A stretch of 64,000 nucleotides of DNA from a virus. The translations under genes and the position numbers were made by a program. The notes beneath the pieces are model-generated. The model worked only from the letters and a program-made list of their open reading frames with translations, did no database searches and was not told the DNA's origin. The stretch covers positions 1 to 64,000 of the IMG/VR virus record IMGVR_UViG_3300045988_178038; one strand, written 5' to 3'. Within the stretch, counting starts at the first letter, position 1. Each line of letters opens with the position of its first letter. Shown in pieces: positions 37,641-45,536 of this stretch.

Positions 37641-37670
37641 TAAAAAGAAAAGACGCTTTACGCGTCTTTT
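37641..37670 (-). terminator. intrinsic terminator (minus strand) with the stop codon in the loop
   Basis: AAAAGACGC/GCGTCTTTT stem (37648-37656/37662-37670), loop TTTAC holds TAA of ORF 37658, U-run from 37641-37650. Confidence 0.7.
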
Positions 37671-37912
37671 CCCACATAAACGATGATTTCATGGTCTCTT
37701 GTCAACTCAAGTCCCTTGACATGCCATTTTTCAATCTCATCGGGAAAGAGGACTTCTCCCGTTACAGAGTTGACATAGCGCCCGCACCCGTCATTTTCAT
37801 AATTAGAATTGTCATAGACCCATTCAGCCCCCGTTTCATCGTCATAGATGAATTCGGGGTAAGCATACGCGACATAGTCGCAGAAGTCAGCTAAGGTAAT
37901 AGTTTTTTTCAT
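37658..37912 (-). CDS. hypothetical protein (84 aa)
   Basis: ATG 37912 behind GAAAGGAA; last gene of a three-gene operon. Confidence 0.55.
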   Translation of the reverse strand: MKKTITLADFCDYVAYAYPEFIYDDETGAEWVYDNSNYENDGCGRYVNSVTGEVLFPDEIEKWHVKGLELTRDHEIIVYVGKDA

Positions 37913-37966
37913 TTTATATTCCTTTCTGCCCGTCATGCCGATAGCTCAGCGTCATGTCATTTTAGG

Positions 37967-38203
37967 TTACGCACTCCATCTTAGGTTGCGCCACCCGCCA
38001 ATGTCAGTCCCATTTTCATCTATGGTTACGATGTCGCCTGATGCGACTTTTTCTTGTACGACAAAGCCGAGACGCGCGCCGTTCTCCATAGCTTTGTCAA
38101 GATAAGTGACTACTGTATCCGCGTCGCCTAACGTTGCGAAATACTGGTCTGTCACTTCTTCTGTCATGTCATAGCGCACAATCAGTCTAAAATTCATTTC
38201 CAT
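37967..38203 (-). CDS. hypothetical protein (78 aa)
   Basis: RBS GGAAGGAG; follows 38240..38740 without a terminator. Confidence 0.6.
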   Translation of the reverse strand: MEMNFRLIVRYDMTEEVTDQYFATLGDADTVVTYLDKAMENGARLGFVVQEKVASGDIVTIDENGTDIGGWRNLRWSA

Positions 38204-38239
38204 GTTACATAGCTCCTTCCATTTTACGGGACTGGGCGC

Positions 38240-38740
38240 TTAGAGCGCCCATCCATTGTCCAGCCATTCGGAAAACGGCATTGCCTGCGCGCAGGCAACA
38301 GCGCGTTCAAGTATTTCAAGTAACTTGAAATACTTCTTGCCGTGCGGAGCGTTCAGTTTACCATTCCAAAATGTTTGGATGGTTATTTTACGCTCCCCAT
38401 TGCTACTAGTCTTTTCGCGGAGAAGTCCAGCCTCTGACAGGACTTCAATGAAGGTGTCGCGTGTCAGGACATAGGCCCTCTGCTCTGTTAACTCTTTGTC
38501 GGGATTGATGACCGGACAATAGATCACATAACGTGACCCCTTGACCAGCTTGTCACCTAACCGGCCAAGCTCACCAGCCCCCGATTTGATTTCATAACAC
38601 TGCGCGGCGCGGCGCATATCCGTGCGACCGGGCGCCGCCACTTTAGATTTCATATGCAGCGTCTCTTTACAAAGACGTTCAAACGCCTTCCCACAGCGCC
38701 CGCAGTCGCTTTCAGTGTAACCGTACTTTTCAATATTCAT
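38240..38740 (-). CDS. hypothetical protein, possible PD-(D/E)xK nuclease fold (166 aa)
   Basis: N-terminal CGRCGKAF...C cluster; TDMRRAAQCYEIKSG fits D-x(n)-E-x-K; GC-richer than neighbours. Confidence 0.5.
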   Translation of the reverse strand: MNIEKYGYTESDCGRCGKAFERLCKETLHMKSKVAAPGRTDMRRAAQCYEIKSGAGELGRLGDKLVKGSRYVIYCPVINPDKELTEQRAYVLTRDTFIEVLSEAGLLREKTSSNGERKITIQTFWNGKLNAPHGKKYFKLLEILERAVACAQAMPFSEWLDNGWAL

Positions 38741-38804
38741 CTTTTATTCTCACTTTCTCGTCGTCTGTCCGGCGTGTCGTTGTTTTGTTTTTGTTTACGC
38801 TCTT

Positions 38805-38833
38805 ATTATAGCAATAACGTCTAAGAATGTCAA
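38805..38833 (-). promoter_or_regulatory. promoter (minus strand) TTGACA-17-TGcTATAAT with a dyad half-site in the spacer
   Basis: TGTCAA 38828-38833, ATTATA 38805-38810; CGTCTAA at 38818-38824 lies between -35 and -10. Confidence 0.65.
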
Positions 38834-39050
38834 CAACTTTTTTCACCAGTTTGTCGCATAATATTTCGTCAATTCTAACAAACTAAAGTCTTATTATATG
38901 ACAGGCTCTTGTGCAGAACAGCGAACTGCAGAACGACGTATAATGGGGTGGGTTTTGTCGTTTGACATGACAAAATATGGGCCGGGGTACATTTAGTAAT
39001 TTTACTTTTTCTATGACACATTACATTTCGGGGCCTCGCAACTTTTCTCA

Positions 39051-39113
39051 CTGAAATTTAAAACTGAAATTTAAAACTGAAATTTAAAACTGAAATTTAA
39101 AACTGAAATTTAA
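39051..39113 (+). repeat. 13-bp tandem repeat CTGAAATTTAAAA x4.8
   Basis: Four perfect units from 39051 plus a partial fifth; 34 bp upstream of the -35 of the structural-module promoter. Confidence 0.9.
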
Positions 39114-39122
39114 TTCCACCGA

Positions 39123-39138
39123 GATGGCCTTGGCCATC
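39123..39138. promoter_or_regulatory. 16-bp palindrome GATGGCCTTGGCCATC (operator-like)
   Basis: Perfect inverted repeat GATGGCC/GGCCATC ending 8 bp upstream of the -35 at 39147. Confidence 0.5.
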
Positions 39139-39146
39139 GAGGAAAT

Positions 39147-39175
39147 TTGACTTCGTCCCAAAATTTCGATATAAT
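39147..39175 (+). promoter_or_regulatory. promoter TTGACT-17-TATAAT heading the packaging/head/tail module
   Basis: TTGACT 39147-39152, 17 bp, TATAAT 39170-39175, then CTAAATTAGAAAGG. Confidence 0.6.
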
Positions 39176-39196
39176 CTAAATTAGAAAGGAACGAAA

Positions 39197-40525
39197 ATGA
39201 TTTTGGGCGCAAAGGAGAAAATGAAAATGCCTAAACGAAATCGCTTACAGCTAGACTTCTCGCTTTCTTCGGCAGAAGAACGCCAAGTCTTTCTCACGAA
39301 ATATCTTGAAACCTTGGCGTTTACGCCAACCTCATCCGAACTAGAGCTAATGGCCGACTATGTTCTATGGGGAGATAAAAATTCTAACGAAGCCATTGAG
39401 CTAGAAACCTTCTGGAAGAAGAAAGAAAAAAAAGTCGAGTCTCTTGATGAATTACGAGAGAATCCTACTTTCCTCGAAGCACGTCTTGTTTCCCCTTACA
39501 TCACTCCAAAAACTCAAAAAACGCGTCGAGTCTTTTCTCGTGAAGAAGCTCGCTCTTTCGCTTCCCCCTATGTGCTCGCGCACCTTGAAGACCTTTGGCG
39601 CGAAATTGATACACTTGACCTAGAAACTCGCTTCTATGAAAACTTTATTAGCCGTCAAACCAAGCCTCCCCGCAGTCAGCTCCTCGAACGTTTTACTTCG
39701 GCGGAAGCCGAAGAAATCCGCGCGCACGCCCAATCTCTAACTGAATATGCCTACTTGAAGAAGCGAAAGCTTCTAGTTGAAAAACGCTCTGAACAATACC
39801 CATGGCGTGATACCTACACGACTCCTCTAGTCCAACGCCATACCCCTACTATTGCCCAAGACCCCGTACCTCCTCCGCTCCTAAACGCAGATATTCCCAT
39901 TCTTCCACTCGGAAGCCTTCCAATTCAACTAGTCCCAAAAATTTTCCCTTCCTCCGGTGAGTTTCCAACTCCCGGCACTCTAACCCCAGACGAAGAAAAG
40001 CTTCTCTCCAAGACTATCTGGCGCGAACCCTCAAATGCGCCGAACTCATTTGATTTTCGAGACCCTGCGCACCTCGCTTCTTTTATCTCTCTTTACTCTG
40101 AGCTTTTGCCCGACCAAAATTCTGATGAAGGCCTCCAAGCCCTCTTTTCCACTTTTACCTATTATCAAAAACTCGCACGACTTTCGCCTCTCTACCTTGA
40201 TATATTGCGCGCGAAGGTCGCACACGAAACCAACACTAAAATTGTAGAGAAGATAGCATCAAAATACGGCAAATCCTATGGCGAAAATTATATTTCAACT
40301 CTTTATCGCCAAAAGATATTGCCGAAAATAGCCGCAGCGGCGTCCGCGCACTATCAAGTTACTTCGGAGTTATTTTTCCCCGAAAACTTCAAAACGTGTA
40401 AGGATTGCGCGCGCACGCTACTTAGGACTCCAGATTACTTTATGCGCAAAGCAAAATCTTCAGATGGCTTTTCACCCCGTTGTAAAGCTTGCGAGAAAGC
40501 GTTGCGCGAAAGGAGGAAAAATTGA
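39197..40525 (+). CDS. hypothetical protein with a C-terminal zinc ribbon (442 aa; start could be 39221 or 39227)
   Basis: First gene of the module; CKDCARTLL...FSPRCKACEKA at the C-terminus. Confidence 0.6.
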   Translation: MILGAKEKMKMPKRNRLQLDFSLSSAEERQVFLTKYLETLAFTPTSSELELMADYVLWGDKNSNEAIELETFWKKKEKKVESLDELRENPTFLEARLVSPYITPKTQKTRRVFSREEARSFASPYVLAHLEDLWREIDTLDLETRFYENFISRQTKPPRSQLLERFTSAEAEEIRAHAQSLTEYAYLKKRKLLVEKRSEQYPWRDTYTTPLVQRHTPTIAQDPVPPPLLNADIPILPLGSLPIQLVPKIFPSSGEFPTPGTLTPDEEKLLSKTIWREPSNAPNSFDFRDPAHLASFISLYSELLPDQNSDEGLQALFSTFTYYQKLARLSPLYLDILRAKVAHETNTKIVEKIASKYGKSYGENYISTLYRQKILPKIAAAASAHYQVTSELFFPENFKTCKDCARTLLRTPDYFMRKAKSSDGFSPRCKACEKALRERRKN

Positions 40526-40797
40526 AACTAGATTTAGTAAACGAGTTTGTCGCGCGCGCGGCGTCGCTGGAAGTAGAGGAGTTTTTGGGGCTTACCAATC
40601 TTCTCAATGTTCCACTAACTACAGACGCGCGCGATCACCGTCCTTTTGAGGATGTTTTTATTGATACGGTTGTCGCTTTCGGGAAGATGGGGCGAAAGCA
40701 AAAACGAGAACTCATAAAAGTGCTGCGCCGCGTAGAAAAGGACAATAAGGAAATGCGCGCGGCTCTTGAAGAGGAGGCGGCCTCTAAATGCCAGTAA
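40522..40797 (+). CDS. hypothetical protein (91 aa)
   Basis: TTG 40522, 5 nt after AGGAGG, overlapping the previous TGA; track ORF 40489..40797 shortened. Confidence 0.5.
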   Translation: MKLDLVNEFVARAASLEVEEFLGLTNLLNVPLTTDARDHRPFEDVFIDTVVAFGKMGRKQKRELIKVLRRVEKDNKEMRAALEEEAASKCQ

Positions 40798-41783
40798 TTC
40801 CTCAAATTCCTCGCCCCAAACGTTCATTTCTCTCTAAACGGTGCGCGCGATGTCAGGTAGAACAACCGGAAGAGGATTTCGCTTTCACCCACAGTAAGTT
40901 CTATCCAGACCACCATCTTCCACTTTGTAATTCATGCATTACTTTGATGTTGCGCGAACACGACTTTGATTGGGGCTTTATTGATAAGTTGTGCCAATGG
41001 GCCGATATTCCTTTTATTGTAAAAGAATGGGAGAGATTGCGCGAACTCAATTCTCCTGATAGTGTATGGGCAGCTTACTCTAAAGTTTTTGCTTCGCAAG
41101 ATTATGAGGGCCTTGGGTGGGATACTTATTTCAAGCAATATCAAGAACTAAAAGCAGTTGGTCTAGTGGAAGAAGAGATTCCGCTTTTGAAGGAGAAGCA
41201 CTTCGATGAGCTGCGCGCGCGATGGGGCGCGAACTATGATGAAGAAGCTCTCGATTATCTTGAAAACCTTTACCAAGGACTTTTGATGTCTCAAAATGTA
41301 GTCGGCGCGCTTCAAATTGACCAAGCTCAAAAACTTTGTAAAGTTTCGTATGAGATTGATAGTCGCATTCGCGCGGGAGACAAAGATGTCGATAAATTCA
41401 TGGCAACCTATGACAAGCTAGTCAAAACCGCTGAGTTCACACCTAAAAACATAAAGAATGCACGCGACTTTGATAGTTTTGGCGAATTGGCACTTTGGCT
41501 TGAAAAGCGCGGAAATCAAAACAAATTCTACGATGGCGCGACACGTGATGTTATCGACGAGACTATCAAAAATATCCAAGCTTGGAACCAACGTCTCTAT
41601 GTAAATGAAAGTAGTCTAAGTGAAGAAATTACCGCGCGTCTCCAAGCTCTCAAAAATGTCCAAGAAAGCGAAAATTTCTATGAGACAGAGCAAAAAGATT
41701 TCGACGCAGACCTATATGAAGCAGAAGTTTTCAAGGATGAGGATAATGAAGACTTTGAAACAGAAGGAGAGATGGGCATATGA
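40788..41783 (+). CDS. hypothetical protein directly upstream of terL (possible small terminase subunit; unproven)
   Basis: Position only; N-terminal zinc ribbon CARCQ...CNSC; RBS GAGGAGG. Confidence 0.55.
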   Translation: MPVIPQIPRPKRSFLSKRCARCQVEQPEEDFAFTHSKFYPDHHLPLCNSCITLMLREHDFDWGFIDKLCQWADIPFIVKEWERLRELNSPDSVWAAYSKVFASQDYEGLGWDTYFKQYQELKAVGLVEEEIPLLKEKHFDELRARWGANYDEEALDYLENLYQGLLMSQNVVGALQIDQAQKLCKVSYEIDSRIRAGDKDVDKFMATYDKLVKTAEFTPKNIKNARDFDSFGELALWLEKRGNQNKFYDGATRDVIDETIKNIQAWNQRLYVNESSLSEEITARLQALKNVQESENFYETEQKDFDADLYEAEVFKDEDNEDFETEGEMGI

Positions 41784-42315
41784 GTAATGTGATTCAATTG
41801 CGCCCGCCCACTTCTCCTTTTCTCCAAGATAATCGTATCTATCGAGATGGCATTTTACTTGAAAAAGGTGTTGAAGTTACTGAAGACTTTTTATTGCGGA
41901 ATGAAAAGTTTTTTGCGGATTTGACGCAGCTTTATACTGTATACCCTGACGTCTACTTAGACACAATCCGACCAGAAAATAGCCAGTTTGATCTATTTCC
42001 GTATCAGCGATGCTTTTTGAGGTCTCTGATGCGTTATAATCAAGTTTATATAACAGCAACACGCGCGGCCTCTAAATCTTTTCTTTCTGTTCTAGGGATG
42101 TTTTTACAATGCGTTTTTATCCCCGGTCACAAATGTTCACTCATTGCGCCGGTTAAAACACAAGGCGTAAAAATTTTCAAAGAAAAGATAGCTGAGATAC
42201 TAAAGATTTGGCCGCTTCTTGAAAAAGAACTCGAAGTTTTTATGGGCAAGCCTCATATCAACTTATCAAAAGATGTTGGTGAAGCCTATTTCAAAAATAG
42301 TTCGCTATTTACCGT
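41780..42315 (+). CDS. terL: terminase large subunit, exon 1 (3-prime boundary approximate)
   Basis: LFPYQRCFL...ITATRAASKS Walker A-like ATPase N-terminus; the frame runs into a stop 45 nt into the intron. Confidence 0.7.
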
Positions 42316-42541
42316 CGAAGGGGCGAATTTGTTGCCCTCCCCTATAGTAATATACGGGTAATAAACTTTTCTAATTGCTGGAACACCCTAACGTAAAGAC
42401 GAGGGCAATCAGCAGCTAAGTCTTCTTTTGAAGAAAAGTTCAACGACTATCTCGTAAAGAGAGTAGAGAAATCGAAAAGGAAAGCACCTCGATGAGGTGA
42501 AGATATAGTCTAATCTTTATGGAGACATAAAGTAGTAAATG
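42316..42541 (+). mobile_element. group I intron 1 in terL, ORF-less (5-prime end somewhere in 42316-42334)
   Basis: Conserved core CAGCAGCTAAGTC (42410-42422), GTTCAACGACTAT (42438-42450), AAGATATAGTC (42500-42510) = the Q, R and S elements of group I introns (compare Tetrahymena GCAGCCAAGUCC, GUUCACAGACUAAA, AAGAUAUAGUC); ends ...GTAAATG. Confidence 0.7.
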
Positions 42542-43247
42542 AACAGATTCCTCACGCGGTTTGCGACGCCACTCAATTTTCCTCGACGAGACCCGCGATG
42601 CTGACGAAGACGCAGTTAGTGAAATTATTATTCCTCAATTGAATGTTTCCCGTCGCAACGCACTTGGTCTTGTAAATCCATACGAAGCTGTAAATCAGCA
42701 AATGATTAGTGGCACTTCTGCGGGCACTAAATCATCCTATGCTTACGCGTTACTTTGTGAGACAATGATACAGGCTATAATTGATCCCGCGCACGCTTTT
42801 GTGATGGGACTTGATTATAGATTGCCCGCGATGCATGGCCTGGTAGACAAAGCCTTCGTCGAACGTCAAAAATTCTCATCCTCTTACAATGAAGCTACTT
42901 TCGCAGCAGAGTTTTTAGGAATTTGGGAAGGCGGAAGTAGTGAAGCTTGGTATGATTTTGAGAAACTTTCTAAATACAGAAAGAAAAAAAATCCAGAGTG
43001 GCATCAAAAATATAAAGACGATCCAAATGTTTTCTACTTACTGTCGATAGATATTGGTAGAATTCACGATAGTACAGTAGCAACAGTATTTCGAGTCAAT
43101 AAAGTAAATGGCAAATACTATTCAACAGTAGTAAATATCTATGTTCTAGGGCGTCAAGCGGAAACTAAAACTTTCTCTCAACAGGCAATTGATATAAAAC
43201 TCCTAATTGAGAGATATAATCCACGTGAAGTCCTTATTGACACTAAT
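42542..43247 (+). CDS. terL: terminase large subunit, exon 2 (boundaries approximate)
   Basis: In-frame SSRGLRRHSIFLDETRDADE (Walker B) begins right after the intron; the track ORF continues into intron 2 and stops at 43379. Confidence 0.7.
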
Positions 43248-43484
43248 GGCTTAGTAGAACTTAGGTCATTCAAAATCCCTCTAACTGCTGGGAAACCTCT
43301 TTTGAGGCAATCAGCAACGAAGTCGCGTTCGCGCGAAACGCTCAACGACCAATCGCAAGATGTAGGGGCAGCGCCCTGAAATGGGGGATACTTTTTGTAA
43401 AGTAAAGATATGGTCTTCTCTACATAGAGATATGTAGCAGTTCATAAGAGAACGCATACGCTTGCGAAACGTATGGAAAATAAG
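43248..43484 (+). mobile_element. group I intron 2 in terL, ORF-less (boundaries within about 10 nt)
   Basis: Diverged core CAATCAGCAACGAAGTC (43308-43324), GCTCAACGACC (43340-43350), AAGATATGGTC (43405-43415); flanking exons join as ...LIDTN / (I)GLGIADEM, a typical terminase nuclease motif. Confidence 0.6.
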
Positions 43485-44021
43485 ATAGGTTTAGGTATTG
43501 CTGACGAAATGATAAAAACTCATATTGATGGCCGAGGGCGCGAACTTCCTGCTTACGGCTTTTTCAATAATGACGATTATAAAAAAATTCAACCAAAAAA
43601 TTGTATTCCAATTCTATATTCAATGAAAGCAAATGGCCCATTGAAATCAAAAATCAATGGTAACGCTTATGCTCGCCTAAATAGTGGTCTTGTTCGTTTT
43701 TTGATTTCTGAACAAGAGGCGCGCGCTTCACTTCTTGCCACAAAAAAAGGTCAGAAGATGTCTATGAAAGAACGTGCGGAACGGCTTATCCCGCACGAAA
43801 ATACGACAAAACTTTTCAATGAAATGGGGAACCTTCGTGCGAAGCAAACGGGCAATGATATTGTCCTTGAACCAATCAATACTCGGTTCCCAGATGATAA
43901 ATACTATTCATTTGCTTATGGCCTTTGGCGCATCAAAGAAATAGAGGAAGAAGAACAAAAACGACAACGGAAACGAGGCCTCAATAAACGAAAACTCGTA
44001 TTCTTTACAGGAGGAACCTAA
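43485..44021 (+). CDS. terL: terminase large subunit, exon 3 (nuclease domain)
   Basis: GLGIADEMIKTHIDGRG...; ends 1 nt before the portal gene. Confidence 0.65.
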   Translation: MGLGIADEMIKTHIDGRGRELPAYGFFNNDDYKKIQPKNCIPILYSMKANGPLKSKINGNAYARLNSGLVRFLISEQEARASLLATKKGQKMSMKERAERLIPHENTTKLFNEMGNLRAKQTGNDIVLEPINTRFPDDKYYSFAYGLWRIKEIEEEEQKRQRKRGLNKRKLVFFTGGT

Positions 44022-45536
44022 TTGGAAAATCAACAAAACAAAGTGAAAACCGCGCGCGATATTTCCTCCTTTTCCCGCGCGCGAGAACAAATGGTAGCCA
44101 AAAGCCGAGAGGTCTATGGAGACTATGATTATCTATCTGGCGCGCGAGCTTCTCGAAGATTGCGCAAATATTCCTTGAAGGAGATAGATGAAATTATTAG
44201 TTCTGGTTCTTTAGCAGAACAACGAATTTTATCTCGAAATTATTTTTCGCTGGATGGGCTTTATAAGAGAATTCTTTTGTATTATGCTACCTTGATGAAA
44301 GGGGCCGGATTGCTGGCGCCAGTCCCGGCGTATGGCAAACAACTCTCCGCCGACCACATTCAAAAACGTTATTATAATGCTTTGAATTATATAGACAAGC
44401 TTCATCTGGAGGAATTCGAGACAAAAGTGGCATTGCGCGCACTTATTGACGGATGCTATTATGGCGTCATTCAAAGGCTTGATAAGAATGATTTGGTTCT
44501 TCTTGATTTGCCCGCGCAGTTCGCTCGTTCATGCTATAAGGATATATATGGCAGAGATATAATTGAATTTGATGTTACTTATTTCTCTCAAATTATTGAT
44601 AAAGAAGAGAGAGAAGAAGAATTATCTCTTTTCCCATCAGTAATTAGTAAGTATTATCGTCGATATGCAAAAGGTAGGGAAACTTGCTCGTGGGTAAAGG
44701 TGCCTTCCGAGTTAGGAGTTTGTTTCTCTTTTGTCGAAGATGGTGCTCCGCTCTTTCTTTCTACAATTCCCGCAACAATTCAATATGACGAAGCAGTAGA
44801 TACCGAGAGAGAAAGAGATTTGGACGAAATTAGAAAAATTCTAATTCAAAAAATCCCTCACCTTCAAGATGGTTCACTTCTATTTGAACCGGAAGAAGCG
44901 GTTGAAATGCACGCTGGTACGGTCGAGATGATGGCTGGAAATAAGAATGTCTCAGTATTGACCACATATGCTGATGTTGATTCAATTGTTTCTAAAACGT
45001 CTTCAGATGCAGTTTCTAATAATTTGGAAAAGATGCTTCAAAATGTATATGCTGAAGCTAGTGTCAGCGCACAATTATTCTCGCCAACAGGAGCACAGGC
45101 TCTTGACAATTCTATTCGTAATGATATGTCCTTTATGATGATACTTATGAATAAAATTGCCCGCTTTGTTACTGATTTAGTGAATGGACTTTTTGGAAAT
45201 ACGAATATCTCTTTCAAATATACCATTCTGCCAATTACTTATTACAATCAATCTGAATTTATTACTGATTCCATGAAGCTCGCGCAAGCTGGATATAGCT
45301 ATCTATTGCCATCTATCGCGATTGGCGTTGGACAAAGAGAACTTCTTGGAATAAAGGAATTAGAAAATGAAGCGCTAGGTCTTCGTGATAAACTAATTCC
45401 TCTTGCTTCTTCTTATACTGAGTCAGCTGGAAATGACCCTGGACGTCCCACAAAGACAACAGAACAAAAAGCTCCTTCAACAATTCAGAAAGAAGAATCA
45501 ATCAATAAGCAAGGAGGCGTGAAGACCGATGAATAA
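44022..45536 (+). CDS. portal protein (by position and size)
   Basis: 504 aa, immediately after terL; TTG start behind CAGGAGG. Confidence 0.6.
   Translation: MENQQNKVKTARDISSFSRAREQMVAKSREVYGDYDYLSGARASRRLRKYSLKEIDEIISSGSLAEQRILSRNYFSLDGLYKRILLYYATLMKGAGLLAPVPAYGKQLSADHIQKRYYNALNYIDKLHLEEFETKVALRALIDGCYYGVIQRLDKNDLVLLDLPAQFARSCYKDIYGRDIIEFDVTYFSQIIDKEEREEELSLFPSVISKYYRRYAKGRETCSWVKVPSELGVCFSFVEDGAPLFLSTIPATIQYDEAVDTERERDLDEIRKILIQKIPHLQDGSLLFEPEEAVEMHAGTVEMMAGNKNVSVLTTYADVDSIVSKTSSDAVSNNLEKMLQNVYAEASVSAQLFSPTGAQALDNSIRNDMSFMMILMNKIARFVTDLVNGLFGNTNISFKYTILPITYYNQSEFITDSMKLAQAGYSYLLPSIAIGVGQRELLGIKELENEALGLRDKLIPLASSYTESAGNDPGRPTKTTEQKAPSTIQKEESINKQGGVKTDE

Noticed and set aside
39051-39113. 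13-bp tandem repeat as a CRISPR or coding repeat
   Set aside because: The units are directly adjacent with no spacers, there is no ORF, and the array sits immediately upstream of a promoter. I treated it as a regulatory or structural DNA repeat.
42316-43484. Inteins as the cause of the split terminase gene
   Set aside because: The intervening sequences contain in-frame stop codons, are only about 230 nt long, and carry the group I intron Q/R/S core. Inteins would be in-frame and much longer.
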